Positions 35,508-40,529 of a stretch of DNA of 40,529 nt are shown here, piece after piece. Numbering within the stretch: the stretch's first letter is position 1; each line of letters starts with the position of its first letter. The stretch spans positions 1-40,529 of the forward strand of contig JBLIRO010000044.1 of NCBI GenBank assembly GCA_049472335.1. Reading direction: 5' to 3'. The DNA is from a bacterium. Its GTDB lineage: Bacteria; SZUA-182; DTGQ01; JAFGSM01. The notes below the pieces were generated by a model. It made no database searches. It saw nothing but the letters and a program-made list of their open reading frames with translations, and had not been told where the DNA came from. A program made the translations under genes and the position numbers.

Positions 35508-36282
35508 ATATCACCTCATGTGCAAGTTTGAGATAGGCTTCTGCGCCTTTAGAGCGAATGTCGTAAAGTATAATAGGTTTACCATGACTAGGAGCTTCGC
35601 TTAAACTCACATTTCTTGGAATAACTGTTTTAAAAACAAGATCTTTAAAATGATTATTAATTTCCTCAGCTACCTGATTTGACAAATTAGTTCTACAATC
35701 AAACATTGTTAATAGAACTCCCTCGAACAAAAGGCGCTTATTTAATTCTTTTTTTATAAATTCCACCGTTCTTAGTAATTGTGAAATACCTTCTAATGCG
35801 TAATATTCGCATTGTATGGGAATGAGCAATGAATCGGAGGCTGTAAGGGAATTGACAGTAAGAAGACCAAGAGAGGGTGGGCAGTCTATAATAATATAAT
35901 CATATCTTTTTCGTATTTTATCAATAGCTTTCTTTAAGCAATATTCCCTTGAAGAAAAATTAATAAGTTCTATTTCGGCACCAATTAACCTAATATTAGA
36001 AGGCAATAGATCAAGACATTCTATCTGAGTTGAATTAATAACATTTTCTATTGGTTCAAGATCAAGAAGTACGTCATATATATGCTTTTCACCATTATAT
36101 GACTTATATCCAAGGCCACTGCATGAATTAGACTGAGGATCTATGTCTATGAGAAGCGTCTTTTTTTCAGCAGCAGCAAGGCATGAAGCGAGATTTACAG
36201 CAGTAGTTGTTTTCCCAACCCCTCCCTTTTGGTTTGAGATTGTGATAATGCGACATAGTTTTTCTTTTAACGAAACAGTCAT
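35473..36282 (-). CDS. parA: chromosome partitioning ATPase ParA/Soj
   Basis: NQKGGVGKTTT, DIDPQ, DCPPSLG, QCEYYALEG, IPRNVSLSEAPSHG. Confidence 0.97.
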   Translation of the reverse strand: MTVSLKEKLCRIITISNQKGGVGKTTTAVNLASCLAAAEKKTLLIDIDPQSNSCSGLGYKSYNGEKHIYDVLLDLEPIENVINSTQIECLDLLPSNIRLIGAEIELINFSSREYCLKKAIDKIRKRYDYIIIDCPPSLGLLTVNSLTASDSLLIPIQCEYYALEGISQLLRTVEFIKKELNKRLLFEGVLLTMFDCRTNLSNQVAEEINNHFKDLVFKTVIPRNVSLSEAPSHGKPIILYDIRSKGAEAYLKLAHEVIFDGPKGSWKRA

Positions 36283-36319
36283 TATTTCTTTAGAAACTTT
36301 TTATGAGAAACATTTAGGA

Positions 36320-36335
36320 TGTTTCACGTGAAACA
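36320..36335. promoter_or_regulatory. parS: parS centromere site
   Basis: Perfect consensus TGTTTCACGTGAAACA within a 24-bp palindrome (36316-36339), just upstream of parA. Confidence 0.95.
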
Positions 36336-36421
36336 TCCTTCTTTCTATTAATTTTATTAATTTCTATTTTTATTTTCAAGGCGTATTTTCTATATGAACA
36401 TTTTATATTTTAAAGGACTCT

Positions 36422-37801
36422 TTATTTTCCAATGCAAAATTGATTAAATACTTCTTCTATTTTTATTTCTTCTAACTCTTTACCTATTATACAGTCTAAG
36501 TCCTTCAGCGAATATTTTAATTCCTCTGAAATTAACTCATCATTCAAACCGTTTTTATAAAAATCTTTTATATTATTTAATCTTTCAGCTACACTTGTTA
36601 AAAGATTTCTTTGTCTTTTATTAATTAATAAACCGTTTACTATTTGTTCAGAGATATTTTGCTTTTTCTTTTTTAATTCTGATAGGATCTTGTCTATACC
36701 TGAATAATTTTTAGTACAGGTCATAATTATTCCGTTGTTTTTTATTAACAGTTTTAATTCATGTAAATCGAGCCTCGCCTTTAAGTCCGTTTTATTTACG
36801 ACCCAAATTACCTCTTTTTTTAATTTATTTATCCATTCAACAATCTTTTTATCATTTCTATCCAATTTTCTTGAAATATCGAAAATTACCAGAATATAAT
36901 CACTATTTTTTATTTGTTTTTTAGAATTTTTTATACTGACCCTTTCCAGTTTTGTTTTTCCTTCCCTTATTCCGGCAGTGTCTATAAAATGGTACGTTAT
37001 CCCATCAAAATATATATCTATCTGTATACTATCCCTTGTTGTTCCAGAAATCCTTGAAGTTAAGATCCTTTTTTCGCCATAAATAGCATTCAAAATTGAA
37101 GACTTACCAACATTTGTTTTTCCACAAATTACTACCTTTAATCCTTCTTCTATCCCTCTTTTTTTATCGCTACGTTCCACGAGATTTTTTATATTACCTA
37201 TCAAATCATCAATTATTTTCTTTTCCCTTTGTTTCTCCACCTGCACTTGTTCACAAAAATCTATACCTGCATTAATATAAGATAATAATTGTAATAATTT
37301 TTCTCTAATATCTTCTATTTCGTTTTTAATGGTTCCCTTTAACCTTTTTACAGCTGAGCATAATCCTATTTCACTTTTCGATCTTATAATATCTATAACA
37401 GCTTCTGCTTGAGTTAGATCAATCCTTCCGTTGATAAATGCCCTTTTTGTAAATTCACCTGGTAATGCTATACGTGCGCCAAAACTTATTAGTAAATCCA
37501 TTGTCCGATTTAAGGCAAACCATCCCCCGTGGCAGTTTATTTCTACTATATCCTCTTTTGTGTAAGTTTTTGGTTTTTTCATAACACTTAATAATACTTC
37601 ATCAATAAATTCTCCGCTTTTTGGATCTATAATCCAACCATAATTTATACTATGATCCCTAAGCTCAAATACCCCTTTATTATCCCTCCTTCTAAATACT
37701 TTATCTGCAATCAATAATGAGTCTTCACCGCTCATTCTAATTATTCCGATACCCGATTCTCCAAAAGGAGTTGATACAGCTACTATCGTACCATTAAGCA
37801 T
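36422..37801 (-). CDS. mnmE: tRNA modification GTPase MnmE/TrmE
   Basis: Start reassigned to ATG 37801 (MLNGTIVAVSTPFGESGIGIIRMSG); EINCHGG, PGEFTKRAF, NVGKSS, GTTRD, DTAG, NKTD, terminal FCIGK. Confidence 0.95.
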   Translation of the reverse strand: MLNGTIVAVSTPFGESGIGIIRMSGEDSLLIADKVFRRRDNKGVFELRDHSINYGWIIDPKSGEFIDEVLLSVMKKPKTYTKEDIVEINCHGGWFALNRTMDLLISFGARIALPGEFTKRAFINGRIDLTQAEAVIDIIRSKSEIGLCSAVKRLKGTIKNEIEDIREKLLQLLSYINAGIDFCEQVQVEKQREKKIIDDLIGNIKNLVERSDKKRGIEEGLKVVICGKTNVGKSSILNAIYGEKRILTSRISGTTRDSIQIDIYFDGITYHFIDTAGIREGKTKLERVSIKNSKKQIKNSDYILVIFDISRKLDRNDKKIVEWINKLKKEVIWVVNKTDLKARLDLHELKLLIKNNGIIMTCTKNYSGIDKILSELKKKKQNISEQIVNGLLINKRQRNLLTSVAERLNNIKDFYKNGLNDELISEELKYSLKDLDCIIGKELEEIKIEEVFNQFCIGK

Positions 37802-37808
37802 AAAATTT

Positions 37809-39530
37809 TTATGCATTAACACTGGTTTTCCTCTGTATAAGGTACTGATGACCAATAGTCAACACATTGTTTAATAACCAATATATTACTAAACCAGATG
37901 GAAAGCCCAGGAAAAATACAGTAAAAAGTACTGGCATAAGATTCATCATTTTTGCCTGCTTTGGATCCATTCCAGTTGGCATCATTTTTTGCTGTATATA
38001 CATAGTAACTCCCATTAATAATGGAGTAATAAGTAAAGGATCCATTACCGAAAGATCCTTTATCCATAACATAAAAGGAGCTCCTTTCATCTCTATTGCG
38101 ACAAGAAGGCCTTCGTATAGAGCGAAGAAAACCGGTATTTGAAGCAACATGGGGAGACATCCTCCAAGTGGATTTACACCTTGTTTTTTGTATAAGTCCA
38201 TGATTTCTTTATTCATTTTTGCTGGATCGTTTTTATATTTTTCCCTTAATTCGGTCATTTTTGGTTGAATTTTTTGCATATCTCTCATAGAACCGAAACT
38301 CTTTTCCGTTAAGGGCCAAAATATTATTTTTATAATGATTGTTAATATTATTATATTAATTCCATAATTTGGAATATAATCATATGATTTTTTCAAAAAC
38401 CATATCAGCGGCTTTGCGAGAAATGAAAACCATCCGTAATCTATTATTTCAGTAAAATTGTTTGCAATTCCAATCAGGTCTTCTTTTCTTTTTGGACCAA
38501 TATATAATTCATATTTATTTATTATTTCCTCCCCTGGTTCAAATAATTCTTTATCATGTTTTAAACCTATATTTATAATCTCATTATCATCAATTTCTTT
38601 CTTATAAATAATTGCTTCCGATTCCTTATTTTCCGGAATAATTGCGGCGGCAAAATAAGTGTTTTCAAAAGCTATCCATTCTATTTGGCCTTTTTTAGAA
38701 ATTGTATCCTTTATTTTTTTTGGTTTTATTCTTGTCTTTTTTCCATTAATCCATATAACAGGCCCAATAAATCTATGATGCCCGCCTTTATTTTTTTCTT
38801 TACCAATACCTGGGCCCCAAAAAATTGCATAATCGATTTTTTGATTCTTTTTCGATTCATTTCTTATTTTAATTTCAAGATCGACTTTATAACTTTCCTC
38901 ATTAAATCTCATCTCCTTTTCTATCATAATATTTTTATCATCCAAAAAAGACATTCTTATTGACTTTATTCTTCTATCATTACTATTGCTATCAAAATAA
39001 ACTATATCATGGCTATATATTCCTTCGCCGAAAGATTCTATCCCATCTATTTCTGATAATACTTTTAAGTCAAGCGGAGGTTTAACATCTTTCTCTATAT
39101 CAGGTATTAAGTCTATTATTTGTTTATCTTCTATTTCATTATCCTTTTTCTTAAATATTCCTTTATATGAATCTCTAACCTGTCTCCAGAAATCCCCTTT
39201 TAATGGCCAGGTTTCGTAACTTTTTTCCTTATAGTAGTCTTTTAATTTCCAACTTGTAATTCGTCCCCCATTATTTGAGATTTTTGCCACATATTTTTCT
39301 GTCTCGATTGTAATTTGCTTTTCCTTAAGTTTCTTCTGATATTCTTTTAATTTATTAAAACTTTCCTGTTCCTTCTCTGAAAATGGAATTCTTTCTTCTT
39401 TTCTATCAGTTGTTATTTCCTTCTTTTCTAATTCTTTTTTTCTTATTTCTGGCTTTGGTATAAAAAAATATTGATATAAGACTATTATCATAATTGAAAT
39501 AATAATAGCTAAAAGAGCCCTTTCTTCCAT
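37809..39530 (-). CDS. yidC: membrane protein insertase YidC
   Basis: Long periplasmic domain; DYGWF, NPLGGCLPMLLQIPVFFALY, FPSGLVIYW. Confidence 0.97.
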   Translation of the reverse strand: MEERALLAIIISIMIIVLYQYFFIPKPEIRKKELEKKEITTDRKEERIPFSEKEQESFNKLKEYQKKLKEKQITIETEKYVAKISNNGGRITSWKLKDYYKEKSYETWPLKGDFWRQVRDSYKGIFKKKDNEIEDKQIIDLIPDIEKDVKPPLDLKVLSEIDGIESFGEGIYSHDIVYFDSNSNDRRIKSIRMSFLDDKNIMIEKEMRFNEESYKVDLEIKIRNESKKNQKIDYAIFWGPGIGKEKNKGGHHRFIGPVIWINGKKTRIKPKKIKDTISKKGQIEWIAFENTYFAAAIIPENKESEAIIYKKEIDDNEIINIGLKHDKELFEPGEEIINKYELYIGPKRKEDLIGIANNFTEIIDYGWFSFLAKPLIWFLKKSYDYIPNYGINIIILTIIIKIIFWPLTEKSFGSMRDMQKIQPKMTELREKYKNDPAKMNKEIMDLYKKQGVNPLGGCLPMLLQIPVFFALYEGLLVAIEMKGAPFMLWIKDLSVMDPLLITPLLMGVTMYIQQKMMPTGMDPKQAKMMNLMPVLFTVFFLGFPSGLVIYWLLNNVLTIGHQYLIQRKTSVNA

Positions 39531-39599
39531 TTAATTATCCTTTCTAACATATTATTTTAATATTTACTTTAAATCTATTTTCTTTTAATTTTTAAAACA

Positions 39600-39893
39600 T
39601 TAAGGCACCGGATCGTATCCTCCTTTATTCCACGGATGACATTTAATGATTCTTTTTATTGAAAGAATAAATCCTTTTATTAAACCGTATTTTTTTAATA
39701 CTTTAACTGAATAGTTTGAACAGGTAGGAATAAATCTACATTTTTGACCGAAAAAAGGAGAAATTATTTTTTGATATATTATAATCAATAAAATAAAGAA
39801 ATTTAAAAAAATATTTTTTTTAATATTCCTGTAATTTTTATCGTTATTGTATTCGTTTAATTCCTTTCTTTTTTTTGATACCCTTAATGACAT
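39600..39893 (-). CDS. yidD: membrane protein insertion efficiency factor YidD
   Basis: YQKIISP...CRFIPTCSNY...RIIKCHPWNKGGYDPVP; start uncertain. Confidence 0.93.
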   Translation of the reverse strand: MSLRVSKKRKELNEYNNDKNYRNIKKNIFLNFFILLIIIYQKIISPFFGQKCRFIPTCSNYSVKVLKKYGLIKGFILSIKRIIKCHPWNKGGYDPVP

Positions 39894-40230
39894 CTAAAAT
39901 TAATCTTTCCGCATTATTATACTTTATTTTTTCCCATTTTCCCTGTGGAATAAAAATCCAATTTATACCCATTCCAAAATATTCTTTGTTTTTTCTATAA
40001 ACCTCTTTTATTATCCTTTTTACTCTATTCCTTAGAACGGCCTTTCCTAATTTTTTTCCAGTTACAACACTAAATCTTGATATCTCTTTTTCGTTCTCAT
40101 TCTCGGTAAAATATATTCTTATATTTTCCGAGTCTATCCTTTTGCACTTTTTGAATATTTTAATGAATTGTGCTCTCTTTTTTATAATTTCCCTTTTATC
40201 TATACCTTCTTTTTTAAACATTTTTTTCAT
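39844..40230 (-). CDS. rnpA: ribonuclease P protein component
   Basis: KKLGKAVLRNRVKRIIKE RNR motif; lies between rpmH and yidD. Confidence 0.9.
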   Translation of the reverse strand: MKKMFKKEGIDKREIIKKRAQFIKIFKKCKRIDSENIRIYFTENENEKEISRFSVVTGKKLGKAVLRNRVKRIIKEVYRKNKEYFGMGINWIFIPQGKWEKIKYNNAERLILDVIKGIKKKKGIKRIQ

Positions 40231-40239
40231 GTTTTTAAC

Positions 40240-40380
40240 CTACACACTGACACTTAATCTTTTTCTTCCCTTTCTTCTTCTTCTTTTTATAATTTCCCTT
40301 CCATTTCTAGTGCTCATTCTTTTTATAAAACCGTGTCTTCTTAATCTTCTTCTTCTTTTTGGCTGATATGTTCTTTTCAT
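40240..40380 (-). CDS. rpmH: 50S ribosomal protein L34
   Basis: Below the ORF-track size cutoff. Hand translation [54 protein letters not shown]. Confidence 0.96.
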   Translation of the reverse strand: MKRTYQPKRRRRLRRHGFIKRMSTRNGREIIKRRRRKGRKRLSVSV

Positions 40381-40410
40381 CTTAACCTCCTTTTTTAAAA
40401 ATAAATCTTA

Positions 40411-40439
40411 ATTATATTTTTTTACTATCAAACTGTCAA
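40411..40439 (-). promoter_or_regulatory. consensus sigma-70 promoter of the rpmH operon
   Basis: Minus strand TTGACA, 17 nt, TATAAT (perfect match). Confidence 0.85.
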
Positions 40440-40496
40440 CAATTTCTATTATCCCAAAATCCGAGATCAAGTTTAGCTAGGCCACATTTTTTACTT

Positions 40497-40516
40497 TTTT
40501 GCACCCTTTTGCACCC
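40497..40516. repeat. 10-bp tandem direct repeat
   Basis: TTTTGCACCC x2. Confidence 0.7.
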
Positions 40517-40529
40517 TAAAGTATTTTAA

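Noticed and set aside
37802..37855. ORF-track N-terminal extension of mnmE
   Set aside because: It overlaps the yidC 3' end; family homology begins at MLNGTIVAVST (37801).
1532..40366. Many short ORFs nested antisense or out of frame within long genes (e.g. 9495-9947, 15915-16241, 37816-38160, 40142-40366)
   Set aside because: No recognisable motifs, and they overlap well-supported genes; typical shadow ORFs.
36283..40529. oriC within the window
   Set aside because: No cluster of TTATCCACA boxes seen; the origin is probably just outside, beyond rpmH.
1..40529. rRNA, tRNA, CRISPR array, IS or prophage
   Set aside because: None recognised; intergenic gaps are short and AT-rich, with no cloverleaf, repeat-spacer pattern or transposase/integrase ORF.

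Overview
Chromosomal window from a diderm (LPS-making) bacterium with deltaproteobacteria-like gene content; the taxonomy is inferred, not determined. It lies next to the usual replication-origin gene block. Left to right: (1) a partial mtaB running off the left edge, missed by the ORF track; (2) a ~14 kb type IV filament locus with a sigma-54 promoter: pilin, PilV/W/X-like minor pilins, ExeA/MshM-type ATPase, PilM, PilN, a PilO-PilP/GspC-HR fusion, an AMIN-less PilQ, an MshEN-bearing PilB and PilC, followed by a small conserved protein, CpoB and a LysM (TsaP-like) protein; (3) a convergent two-gene c-di-GMP module: a membrane HD-GYP phosphodiesterase with a periplasmic CxxCH c-heme sensor, overlapping a GAF-GGDEF cyclase; (4) hit-lapA-lapB-mutS, a helical-repeat/K+ channel protein and trpS; (5) ispH-rpsA-sppA-argS-SPOR-(GAF-Fis)-tRNA methyltransferase; (6) rpmH-rnpA-yidD-yidC-mnmE-parS-parA-parB-bactofilin. 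No rRNA, tRNA, CRISPR or transposase was seen. The best candidate for an undescribed system is the hybrid T4aP/MSH/T2SS-like pilus with a swappable low-GC pilin cassette, possibly controlled by the adjacent heme-sensing c-di-GMP switch. Every part belongs to a known family, so novelty rests on the combination and is unproven. There is also a marked drop in GC, with strong strand skew, in housekeeping genes toward the origin side.
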